From Squalus acanthias (lineage: Eukaryota), in NCBI GenBank assembly GCA_030390025.1, contig JASTWF010000332.1:62001-126000 (forward strand): a stretch of DNA of 64,000 nt, read 5' to 3'. The notes under the pieces were generated by a model. It was given only the letters and a program-made list of their open reading frames with translations, was not told where the DNA came from and did not search any database. Numbering within the stretch: the first letter of the stretch is position 1; every line of letters starts with the position of its first letter. This document shows positions 52,916 to 64,000 of this stretch, piece after piece. The position numbers and the translations under genes were made by a program.

Positions 52916-54094
52916 GAGGCTCTGTGCAGATACCTGATTCACACAGCTGCAGGGGCACCTTGAGAGATGTACTATTGTCTTCAGTGGGACTAGGTTGGAC
53001 AGCTCTTTCAAAAGAGCTGGCACAGGCACGACGGGCCAAATGGGCTCCTTCTGTGCTGTAAGATTCTATGATTCTATTATTTGCACACATACACACTGAA
53101 ATGCAGCTTTTTTTTCTTTGCATTTCCTCCCCGTTCCTTCACTCCAGCTTTCCTCATGCCATGCACCTTTCCAGGTAAGTGGGTGGCCAGAAGCCCCAGG
53201 CTACTGGCCACTAGGAAGGTGCAGAGGTTAGGGGCCATCCCTCTATTTCGTCTTTTTTTGTTGCTTTGAGCCTCTGGAGAACCATCTGCCCTCTGCTTAG
53301 TGCCTGCCCAGGTGTCGCCACCGAGAACCCAGTGTTGGGTTTACTTAAATGCCGACAGGACTTTGGTGTGCACAACCTGGCAAACCTGCAGTGGCGATTG
53401 CAAATCAGTTCTGGCAGAGGAGGCTGCTCTGAGCAAGGAGAAATATCATTTAACCCTCCCAAATTTATGTCCATTTTGCAGCACTGCTGTGAATGTTGCA
53501 GCAGGGCCACTTGTACAAGGGCAGTGAAAGTGTGTACACTAGGACATGAAGACCAAAGGAGGACATGAAGACCAAAGGTAAACTGAAGTGCGAGTGTGGA
53601 AGGGATGGAGAAAAGACACAAAGGGACAGATGTCAGTGAATCGTCAAGTGTTGCTGCAACTTCGATGGACTATCGACTTCAGTTGGAATACAATTATCAA
53701 ACATTTTTGGAGAACAACTGTGTAAACAGATGTTGCGGCATTTATTTCTTCTGGTAGGGCATTGGACAAAGCTCCTTTGTGGACTATTTAAACACAATCA
53801 TTAACCTGTTTAAAATAAAACCGGTGACTTGGTGACCAAGGAGATGACACATGTATGATGGAATGGGAAAGGGAGGAATAAGAAAGCAATTTATTTGCCA
53901 GACTCATAGGCCGCGATTTTGCCGGTGCTCAGAGGGCAGGGCAGCTGTTAAAGTTGCAATGATTGACGGCGGGTTGGAAGCCCGCCGCGAACCCGCCTCC
54001 ACGTGAGTTTCAAGAGTGTCGGGTCTGCGATTTCACAACAGACCCGACACCAAGCGGCGGGTGAGGGATTTAAGGCACTTAACTCCTTGTTAAG

Positions 54095-55036
54095 TTTTTT
54101 TTTTAAATTTGTTTATGGGATGTGTGCATCGCTGGCAAGGCCAGCATTTATTGCCCATCCCTAACTGCCCTTGAGAAGGTGGTGGCGAGCTGCCTTCTTG
54201 AACCGCTGCAGTCCATGTGGTGAAGGTACTCCCACAGTGCTGTTAGGGAGGGAGTTCCAGGATTTTGACCCAGCAATGATGAAGGATCAGCGATATACTT
54301 CTATGTCAGGATGGTGCGTGACTTGGAGGGGAATTTGGAGGTGGTGGTGTTCCCATGCACCTGCTGCCCTTGTCCTTCTAGGTGGAAGAGGTCGCGGGTT
54401 TGGGAGGTGCTGCCGAAGAAGCCTTGGCGAGTTGCTGCAGTGCATCTTGTAGATGGCACACACTGCAGACACGGTACGCCGGTGGTGGAGGGAGTGAATG
54501 TTTAAGGTGGTGGATGGGGTGCCAATCAAGCGGGCTGCTTTGTCCTGGATGTTGTCGAGCTTCTTGAGTGTTGTTGGAGCTGCACTCATCCAGTCAAGTG
54601 GAGAGTATTGCATCACGCTCCTTACTTGTGCCTTGTAGATAGTGGAAAGGCTTTGGGGAGTCAGGAGGTGAGACACTCGCCGCAGAATACCCAGCCTCTG
54701 ACCTGCTCTTGTTGCCACAGTATTTATGTGGCTGGTCCAGTTAAGTTTCTGGTCAATGATGACCCCCAGGATGTTGATGGTGGGGGATTCGGCGATGGTA
54801 ATGCCATTGAATGTCAACGGGCGGTGGTTAGACTCTCGCTTGTTGGAGATAGTCATTGCCTGGCACTTATGTGGCGCGAATGTTACCTGCCACTTATCAT
54901 CCCAAGCCTGAATGTCGTCCAGGTCTTGTTGCATGCGGGCATAGACTGCTTCATTATCTGAGGAGTTGTGAATGGCACTGAACACTGTGCAGTCATCAGC
55001 GAACATCCCCACTTCTGACCTTATGTTGGAGGGAAG
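54095..55036 (-). mobile_element. 5'-truncated copy of the same LINE, nested in the Harbinger element
   Basis: ORF 54287-55012 (MFADDCTVF...) is near-identical to 15160-15900. Flanked by CTTGTTAA at 54086-54093 and 55039-55046. Confidence 0.93.
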
Positions 55037-55472
55037 TGCTTGTTAACTGCTGTTTTGACAGCCTTTTCCTATTTTCCAACATTTTCAACAGGTTTTACAA
55101 TGTTCAGATATCACGCCAGGTAATTGTGTCGGGAGGACCAACGAGCTGGATAGTTCACAGCTGCAACTGCAGTCTAAAAGCTGCACTCTCACATCCGCTC
55201 AATTTCAAATGTCAGAGGTTGCTGATTTCACGATTTGGGAGACACATTCTGTCTTGAGGCTGTAAGTGTGTGGTGTTAACTCTATATCCACTGTCACCTG
55301 CATTGCTGGACATAAAAGACGCCCTCAACCTTCACTGTGCCACCTCAAATTGTGAGCACACATATGGCAATGATGTCAAACATTCATACCACATTAATTT
55401 ATTCCAACAGAATAAAAGAACAGAAACTTAACATTGAATTCTAGCAGAACACCCAAGTGAGTACTCTTGTGA

Positions 55473-57341
55473 TTATTTGTGTGTCAGCTTTCTCTTACGC
55501 GTGCTTCTACGTGGTGCTACCCCTGTGGCTTCAGCAGATGTAGAGGCAGCCTACTCACTTCCCTGCTGCACCTGCTTAGACACCTTTGGCGGTCGTCCTC
55601 TGGATTCCTGCCAAAGTCTGCTCCTCCTGTGGCTGCACAGGGGCAGACTTGTCCATCACTGCACAGGCAGTCATCTGGGGCTCTGACCGACGGTTTGGCA
55701 AGAGGATGGAAGTATGAGCGCTTGGAGAGGAGCCCCCACTTGCATGTCGCCTCCCACCATCATCCCTCTCATGGGCCACCCGCACTTCTCTGCTAGCAAG
55801 TAGCTGGAGAGCACCTTGCTGCACATCAGTGGGGCCATGAGGACCAGTCTCTGTACTGACAGTCCTCATAACGGGAACGTCCATGAACCTCTGATTCCTC
55901 TCCACGATAGATGCCCATCTATCCTCCATAGCTGACCATCTATTTAGAAGAGTCACCATGTTGTTTTGAGTCTGGCGATTTATGTCCTCTATGGAGGTTG
56001 CCATCCTTTCCATGGCGGCACCTACATTTGCCATTGCGTGCACCACGGCATTGCTCATGTTTGAGGTGGACTCCTCCATTCTCTGCACACTCGCTGTCAC
56101 CGTGGTTGCAAACCCTGTCAGAGCCTCCTGCACTTGGTCCTGAACTCCAGCACCGCTCTCTTTCTGGATGGCCCCTGAGGCTCAGCGTCTACATGCAGCT
56201 GAGCAGAGCTAGGAGACTCCTTCGGCCTCCGACGAGGACTCTCCACTGCTGTCCTTGTATTCACCATCTGTTCTTGCTCACTCGTGAGTTGTGATACACC
56301 AGGTGACAACACTACTCTGTCTTGCAAACGACCCACCGAGGTGTGAGTCTCTGCGCTGGTGCTGGGAGCACTCATTTCTGCTGATGCTGTTCCCTCAGAG
56401 GAGTCCTCCTGCTCTTCCTCCTGGGCAGTAGGGAGGGGGGCTCTTGATGGTCCTGTGGGAGAGTAAAGACATGAGTTAGACATGTGATATATAAATTGCA
56501 GACACATCCCATTGTGCACTTGATGAGCATTCAATTTCTATTGACATTAGGTCCCATATGTGCCACTCATGAAAGCCAACTAAGATGGATGGAGAAGCAT
56601 TCTGTCACCAGGTTGTTCTACTGAGCCCCTCTCTCCGTCCCCCACTTCTAGCTGTTCCACTGATCCCCCAATGTCGAGAGTGGCCTCCTCGGCGTGGGTG
56701 AGATGTGAGAACGATGATGGTTCTATCCCTCTCCCTCGTATTGTGGGCTTTCTTTTCCTGCAATGAGGGAAAGAAGTGAAGTTTCAGTGAGAGTGATGGA
56801 ATGAGTGTAAAGAATGGATAGGATAGATGTTTAGAGGGAGACTATGATGGAGTGGGTTCCCATTACCAAGTTCCCTCCTTTTGAGTTGTTAGTTGCTGTC
56901 ATTGCATAAACTTGAGGGTGGGTGTGAGGGGTACATAGTAAGATGGGGAATTGATTCTGTACAAAGGGAGAGAGGGATGGGTGATGGTGCAAGGGATGTT
57001 GGGGTGAGTTAGGATGTGCAGGAGTAGGGTTGGCGATGCAGAGTGATGGGGATGTGATGAAAGGCACAGCAGAATTAAGGTCAGTTTGCTTTTATACTCA
57101 CTTTTCCAGAGTGCAGGAGATCATTGAACCTTTTCTTGCATTGGACCCAGGTGCGTCTGAACACAGACCTGGCATTGACCGCCTCAGCTATTCGCGGCCA
57201 GGCTGCCTTTGTCGGCTGAGGCGGTTTCCTTCTTCCATCTCTCTGGTATAGGACCTCCCGACGTCCTCAGACTCCCTCCACAAGAACATGGAGGGAGTCA
57301 TCGTTGAAGCGAGGAGCAGCCTTTGGTCTCTCTGCAGACAT
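55473..57341 (-). pseudogene. Second Harbinger Myb/SANT gene, 3 exons, disrupted
   Basis: Exon 1 is 57341-57102 (80 codons: MSAERPKAAPRFNDDSLHVLVEGV*GRREV...RTWVQCKKRFNDLLHSGK|gtgagt). Exon 2 is 56757-56609 (EKKAHNTRER). Exon 3 is 56452-55473 and ends RRSTRKRKLTHK*. It has one stop and several frameshifts. Confidence 0.85.
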
Positions 57342-57718
57342 CGTTGACAGCAGCAGCACTCAGGAGCATCAGAAACGAAGTGAGATCGAATTGTGAAATG
57401 GCCCCCTTAAATACACCGGCTGCAAACGCGTCATCAGCACAGCTCAGCAGACCCGCACCTTGTGATCAGGGCGGGTAACGCACACGGCGGGCTTAACGAG
57501 CCCAATTAACAGAAAATTGTGTCAGCTGACCGGTTGGAGCCGGGAGTGGGACCAGAACCCACTGACTAACGTTCTAAGCAGAAAATCGCAGCTTTAAAGT
57601 TCGTAAGTTTTACACTCCACAATATAAATGAATTCCGACATCAACCTTCTCATGAATTTCAACTTTTCCATTCCTCAACTGCTGCAGATTTCCTCAGGCA
57701 CTTTTCATATTGATACAA

Positions 57719-58863
57719 AGAAGTGTAGTCAGTGTTATAATTTAGGGAAATGTGGCAACCAATTTTCATACAGCAAGGTCCCACAAACAGCAATGAGATA
57801 AATGACCTAATTAAATGGTGCTGGCTGAAGGATAAATATTGGCCAGGACACCGGGGGGACCTCTTCTGCTCTTCTTTGAAAAGTTCCATAGGATCTTTTA
57901 CAGCCACCTGAGAGGGCAGACCGGATCACAGTTTCATGTCTCATCTGACAGTGCAGCACTCCCTCAGTACTGCCCTTCAGACCGTACAGCAGTCCCTCAG
58001 TCCTGCCCCTCCGACAGTGCAGCAGTCCCTCAGTACTGCCCTTCAGACCGTGCAGCACTCCCTCAGTCCTGCCCCTCCGACAGTGCAACACTCCCTCCGG
58101 ACTGCCCCTCAGACCGTGCAGCACTCCCTCAGTCCTGCCCCTCCGACAGTGCAGCAGTCCCTCAGTACTGCCCCTCCGACAGTGCAGCACTCCCTCAGGA
58201 CTGCCCCTCAGACCGTGCAGCACTCCCTCAGTACTGCCCCTCAGACAGTGCAGCACTCCCTCAGGACTGCCCCTCAGACCGTGCAGCAGTCCCTCAGTAC
58301 TGCCCCTCCGACAGTGCAGCAGTCCCTCAGTACTGCCCCTCCGACAGTGCAGCACTCCCTCAGTACTGCCCCTCTGACAGTGCAGCAGTCCCTCAGTACT
58401 GCCCCTCCGACAGTGCAGCACTCCCTCAGTACTGCCCCTCTGACAGTGCAGCACTCCCTCAGTACTGCCCCTCCGACAGTGCAGCAGTCCCTCAGTCCTG
58501 CCCCTCCGACAGTGCAGCACTCCCTCAGTACTGCCCCTCTGACAGTGCAGCACTCCCTCAGTACTGCCCCTCTGACAGTGCAGCGCTCCCTCAGGACTGC
58601 CCCTCAGACCGTGCAGCACTCCCTCAGTACTGCCCCTCCGACAGTGCAGCAGTCCCTCAGTACTGCCCCTCCGACAGTGCAGCACTCCCTCAGTACTGCC
58701 CCTCCGACAGTGCAGCACTCCCTCAGTACTGCCCCTCCGACAGTGCAGCAGTCCCTCAGTACTGCACTAGAGTGTCAGCAGAGATAATGTGCTCAGGTCT
58801 CTGGAGTGGGGCTTGATCCAACGACCTTCTGACTCAAGAGGCGAGAGTTGTACCAGTGAGCAA
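57719..58863 (-). mobile_element. DeuSINE with internal minisatellite expansion
   Basis: SINE sequence on both sides of the array is collinear with 30890-31250. Confidence 0.85.
57944..58766. repeat. 33-bp minisatellite, about 25 units (tccgacagtgcagcactccctcagtactgcccc)
   Basis: Direct reading; 11-aa periodicity in the overlapping ORFs. Confidence 0.97.
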
Positions 58864-58979
58864 AGACCGACATGTAACTGAAACACAAGGGACATTATAA
58901 CAGCTAACAAACCAAACCAATGGACACAGCAGTTCGTTAGGAGCACCTTTGCTTCCTTTAAATTCAATGACAAGTCTCA

Positions 58980-59414
58980 ACACGGTGGCATGGTGGTTAG
59001 CACTGGTGCCTCACAGCGCCAGAGACCCGGGTTCGAATCTGACCTCGGGTGACTGTCTGTGTGGAGTTTGCACATTCTCCCCGTGTCTGCGTGGGTTTCC
59101 TCCGGGTGCTCCGGTTTCCTCCCACAGTCCAAAAATGTGTGGGTTAGGTTGATTTGGCTATGATAAATTGACCCTTAGTGTTAGGGGGGATTAAATATGT
59201 GGGGTTATGGGGATAGGATGGGATATGTTAGGGGGAATTAAATACGTGGGGTTACGGGGGTAGGGTGGGATATGTGTACTGTGGGGATTAAAGCAGGGAC
59301 AGGGTACTGGATTTGGATGATCAGCCATGATCGTATTGAATGGCGGAGCAGGCTCGACGGGCCGAATGGCCTACTCCTGCTCCTAGATTCTATGTTTCTA
59401 TGTTTCTATGTTTC
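58980..59414 (+). mobile_element. HE1-like V-SINE
   Basis: tRNA head (GGTGGCATGGTGG...GGTTCGAATC), V-domain (tgtggagtttgcacattctccccgtgtctgcgtgggtttcctccggg) and CR1-type tail ending (tctatgtt)n. Internal 47-bp duplication at about 59181-59274. Confidence 0.85.
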
Positions 59415-59743
59415 AACTTCAATTTTCAGATGTGATCCCATGACCTTGGGTGGGACAGGGTCATTGATTCCTTCATCTTCTATATTCTTCATAGGCTGGT
59501 CATTTCCTTGGAGATGCTCATGCTCCATTGGCACAAGTGTGGTGTAAGCACAGTTTCCACCGTATTTCTGGCAAAGATCTGCCTTGAGAGGGAATTCTCA
59601 GCCATCATTTCTCGGGCCTCAGCAATATCCTCCCTCAAGTCCCTCTGGATCCTAGGATGTACCCAGTTGGACCCTGGCCCTTAGCCTAAATAATTTATTT
59701 AAAATTTTCCTTTCATCCATCATAATATTGTTCAGTAGCAGGG

Positions 59744-61064
59744 CATTTGGAAAATCATAATGCAGTCAAGCAGAGTCAGCATGGTTTTAGGAGAGGGAAA
59801 TCATGTTTAACAAATTTGCTGGAGTTCTTTGAGGATGTAACGAGCAGGGTGGACAAAGGTGAGCCAGTGGATGTGGTGTATTTGGATTTCCAGAAGGCAT
59901 TCGATAAGGTGCCACATAAAAGGTTACTGCATAAGATAAGAGCTCACGGAGTTGGGGGTAATATATTAGCATGGATAGAGAATTGGCTATCTAACAGAAA
60001 GCAGAGAGTCGGGATAAATGGGTTATTTTCCGGTTGGCAAACAGTAACTGGTGGGGTGCCACAGGGATTGGTGCTGGGGCCTCAACTATTTACAATCTAC
60101 ATTAATGACTTGGATGAAGGGACCGAGTGTAATGTAGCCAAGTTTGCTGATGATACAAAGATGGGTGGGAAAGCAAATTGTGCAGAGGACTCAGGAATCT
60201 GCAAAGGGATATAGACAGGCTAAGTGAGTGGGCAAACATTTGGCAGATGGAGTTTAATGTGGGAAAGTGCGAGGTTATCCACTTTGGCAGGAAAAATAAA
60301 AAAGCAAATTATTATTTAAATGGAGAGATTACAAAATGCTACAGTTCAGAGGGACCTGGGGGTTCTTGTGCATAAAACACAAAAAGTTAGCATGCAGTTA
60401 CAGCAAGTAATCAAAAAGGCAAATGGAATGTTGGCCTTTATTGCAAGGGAGTTGGAGTATAAAAGCAGGGGGAAGTCCTGCTACAACTGTACAAGGTATT
60501 GATGAGACCACACCTTGAGTACTGCTACAGTTTTGGTCTCCTTAGTTAAGGAAGGATATACTTGCATTGGAGGCAGTTCAGAGAAGGTTCACTAGGTTAA
60601 TTCCAGAGATGAGGGGATTGACTTATGAAGAAAGGTTGAGCAGGTTGGGCCAATACTCATTAGAATTTAGAAGAATGAGAGGTGATCTTATTCAAACATA
60701 TAAGATACTGAGGGGGCTCGACAAGGTAGATGCAGAGAGGATGTTTCCCCTCGTGGGGAAATCTAGAACTCGGGGGCATAGTTTCAGAATGAAGGGTCGC
60801 CCTTTTAGAACTGAGATGAGGAGGAATTTCTTCTCTCAGAGGGTCGTAAATCTGTGGAATTCTCTGCATCAGAGAGCCATGGAGGCTGGGTCATTAAATA
60901 CATTTAAGGTGGAGATAGACAGATTTTTGCAAGATAAGGGAGTGAAGGGTTATGGGGAGCGGGCAGGGAAGTGGCTTTGAGCCCAAGATCAGCCATGATC
61001 TTATTGAATGGCGGACCGAGGGGCCAAGTGGCCTATTCCTGCTCCTATTTCTTATATTCTTATG
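59744..61064 (+). mobile_element. CR1 (HER1-like) LINE, 5'-truncated
   Basis: QHGFRRGKSCLTNLLEFF, YLDFQKAFDKVPH, GVPQG, FADDTK, QRRFTRLIP, RRMRGDLI and FFSQRVVNLWNSL, with frameshifts. Confidence 0.95.
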
Positions 61065-61192
61065 TTGATGAAAGGTAACCGACCTGAAACGTTAACTTTG
61101 TTTCTCTCTGCACAGATGCTGCCTGACCTGCTGAGTGTTCCCAGCATTTTCTGTTTTTATTTCAGATTTCCAGCATTCGCAGTATTTTGCTT
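61065..61192 (+). mobile_element. Penelope-type terminal repeat with degenerate hammerhead
   Basis: tTGATGA-a-AGGT-aaccg-ACCT-GAAA-CGTT-aact followed by acagatgctgcctgacctgctgagt. Same family as 33960-34068, 44585-44700 and 1826-1940. Confidence 0.65.
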
Positions 61193-62199
61193 TAGTAACA
61201 ACATTGTTCATCCCACTCTCAACCATTTCAGGATTCACCTGCTCTCAAATATCTTTCAAAAGTCCTCGGACCAGAAGCCCATGTTATACCAGATGTGCAG
61301 GCACCCCTATGTTGTGGCTTGATGTCCAGTCTGAATCAGGGAGGAGCTTCAACTAACTGGATTGCTCTTCAAAAGAGCCGGTGCAGACTCGATGGGCTGA
61401 ATGGCCTCCTTCTGTGCTGTACTATTCTATGACTCTATAACAGAGAGAGGAATTCCATCTCCTATTTCCTAACTGAATTGGCCCCTGGGTCATCAAGTTG
61501 AAAGCCAATAATTGAATTAGTTTCCTTAGCTAGCTGCCGCATCCATCCATTTCTTCTTAATGAATGCCAAAGAAATGTTCTCTCCATGATTTACCAGTCC
61601 ATTAGGAAAACTGTTCAAATTAATAACGGTAAGTATGCAATACAATTTATTTATGCTATATACAGTTTGAAAAGAATGCCAGTAGATTAGGTGGGGTCCA
61701 ATAATTACCGTTATAATGAATGCTTTAAATACCAGCCACAGCGATAGATAACACTGCACTTAAAAACAGAGCAATTTAAAATAAATAAAATCTAATTGTA
61801 TAAATAAATGCTCTACTCTCTGTAACAGCCATTGCATGTACCTTATCGATAAGGGAATGACTTTCCATTGAACTGCAGCCAAATCCAAACCATTTCAATT
61901 TGTTATCTCCCCATGCGCTCAACAGCATAGTGACAACTCCAGCCAGCTACGCCTTTCAATTCTGCTGTGAAAAATAAAGCTGTTTATATGAGCCTGATCC
62001 TGAGTGATGATCGGGCCCACCTCAGTCTTACTGAGCCACCCACTGACGGATGAGCTCGGACTTCAGGCCTGGATTTATGGCCCTCCCTTACACAATATTC
62101 TGCAATGCCATCCACAATGGGAATCCTTGCAGATAGAAGCACAAGGTACTGGTGTGGGCTTCAACTGCGGACCATCACACACAGAGCAATGCTTCAAGT

Positions 62200-62562
62200 T
62201 GGGTTTGCCAACCCTCCAGGATTGGGCCTGGAGTCTCCAGGAACTGAAGATTAATCTCCAGGACACGGCTGCGAGCAACCCTGGGAAAAAAAATCACAGG
62301 GGCATTAAAAAAAAAAATCGTGCTTTTCTCATTTTCTTTGAACACCTCTGTTTATTAGCTATAAAAATATGGGAGATGAGGAAAAAAGGGTGTTTGACTG
62401 ACAAGACAGGCATCATCCAATTGGGTAATGGAGAGTCTTTTCGCTTTGCTGTTGGTTGTGGGAAGATGGTGCACCGTGAGGATGGGCTGTATTGGGCGAC
62501 CAATGGTGGGAGCATGGGGGCGGGACATGTGATGAAACCTCCAGAAATACATGGCAGCCCTA
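62200..62562. mobile_element. hAT-type MITE
   Basis: TIR TGGGTTTGCCA versus revcomp TAGGGCTGCCA. 8-bp flanks CTTCAAGT (62192-62199) and CTCCAAGT (62563-62570), one mismatch. Confidence 0.7.
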
Positions 62563-63023
62563 CTCCAAGTACTTTCTGAGCACAGATCATCGACAAGGCG
62601 CACAGCATCCCTGAAGTAAATGGGCAGCAGCTTCACTTATAGTTTAAAAAAGAAAAACCATACAATTAATATCTGCTCTGGATTTTAAAAGCTCCAGAAT
62701 GGGGCCTATGAAAATTGCAAACTCTGTAAGGTCTGCGAGGGGTCACAAATTGGTACCTGCAGACTGCAGTCCTCGAGAGGCAGATCCCAAGTTATATTGT
62801 CAAAGCAGCACACTGTGATTGCAACGGAGTTCAGTGATACAGGAGCACTACAGTGATACATGCTTGGATTCTTCCAGGCAAGATCATTTTTCATGCTAGG
62901 AGAGTCTTACAACAGCAGCCAATTTCTCCTAAAATTATAACAATTTAAAAATACATTTATAAAATTCTTAAAAGGTGCAGCATCTGCAGTTTTAAAACTC
63001 GCTTTAGAATCATACAACACACA

Positions 63024-63420
63024 AGTAATCCAGAGGCCTGGACTGAGGGTCTGAAGAGACAAGTTTAAATCCCACCATGGCAGCTGGGGAATTTAAATTC
63101 AGTTAATTAAGTAAATCTGGAATAAAAAGCTCGTATCAGTAATGGTAACCATGAAACTACTGGATTGTCGTAAAAACCCATCTGGTTCACGAATGTCCTT
63201 TAGGGCAGGAAACTTGCCGTCCTTGCCCGGTCTCTCCTATATGTGACTCCAGACCCACAGCAATGTGGTTGACTCTTAACTGCCCCTCTGAAATGGCCTG
63301 GCAAGCCACTCAGTTGTCAAGAAGGCTCACCACCACCTTCTAAAGGGCAATTAGGGATGGGCAATAAATGCTGGCCTTGCCAGCGACGCCCACATCCCGT
63401 GAATGAATAAACAAAAACAA
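63024..63420 (+). mobile_element. Second copy of the bipartite SINE (5' clipped)
   Basis: Collinear with 26800-27150 and has a B-box-like GTTTAAATCCC. Inserted into a reverse CR1 tail (about 63005-63600). Confidence 0.8.
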
Positions 63421-64000
63421 GGAGGCCATTCAGCCCATCGTGCCTGTGCCGGCTCTTTGGTAGAGCTATCCAATTAGTCCCACTCCCCCTGCTCTTTCCC
63501 CATAGCCCTGCAAATATTTCCCCTTCTAGTATTTACCCAAATCCCTTTTGGAAGTTACGATTGAATCTTGTTCCACCACTCTTTCAGACAATATATTCCA
63601 GCTTTGTTGGCTGGAGTTAAACGACAGCTGTCCATTTTGAGACTAGCTCCTAGAGGTGGTCTGGTGCCTTTTGCTTCAGTGCACGCATGAGTAACATTAT
63701 TAACCCGAGATATACTGTCACTGTAACACTGACGTACATGCAAAACTGCTTCACATTGGCACGAAAGTGGCAGTACTACTGTACCTCAAGAAGGACTATG
63801 TATTTATAGATCACTGGATGCTGGGTGGATAGCTATGGGATTATATAGCAGATAGCTTATAAAGAAAGACGTTTTCTGTTCTTCACAAAAGTGCTTAGGT
63901 CTGTGTTCACTTTTTTTTTGGAGGTTTCACCTACAACGCTTGACGGTTCTTCAAAGACCAGGAACAGAGATCGTTTTAGTTATTCTTTTTGAAGTTGTGT

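Larger units (their letters stand above)
53909..57593. mobile_element. Non-autonomous Harbinger element carrying only the Myb gene, interrupted by a LINE
   Basis: Termini GGCCGCGATTTT and revcomp AGCTGCGATTTT. Contains a homologue of the 3190-5062 gene, and no transposase motifs were seen. Confidence 0.8.

Noticed and set aside
57807..58816. Long ORFs of 283-325 aa on both strands
   Set aside because: They are by-products of a stop-free 33-bp tandem unit inside a SINE. There are no unique spacers either, so it is not a CRISPR array.
58980..59050. tRNA-like A/B boxes (also near 17450, 26775, 29460-29520 and 31190-31250)
   Set aside because: They are SINE heads continuous with SINE bodies and form no complete cloverleaf.

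Overview
This is vertebrate nuclear DNA, almost certainly a shark or other elasmobranch, judged from HE1-like and SacSINE1-like SINEs and HER1-like CR1 LINEs. The window lies inside a minus-strand NOS1AP (CAPON)-like gene. Two coding exons are present (47318-47459 and 40013-40170, matching human exons 6 and 7), and the rest appears intronic. The introns are full of transposable elements. A 4.2-kb two-gene PIF/Harbinger DNA transposon carries a spliced Myb/SANT gene facing a DDE transposase, both decayed. There is also a Myb-only relative, a further Myb remnant and many Harbinger-type MITEs, two of which form a 1.7-kb inverted pair. Retroelements include a near full-length endonuclease+RT LINE with bipartite SINE derivatives, CR1 and L2 fragments, and four SINE families, two copies of which have grown internal minisatellites. 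The most striking non-coding signal is a set of minimal type-I hammerhead ribozyme motifs in Penelope-like repeats. One has an intact core and lies on the pre-mRNA strand inside a young 145-bp inverted repeat flanked by a 12-bp target-site duplication. Repeat family names come from recognition by eye, not a database search, and repeat boundaries are approximate unless termini or TSDs are quoted.
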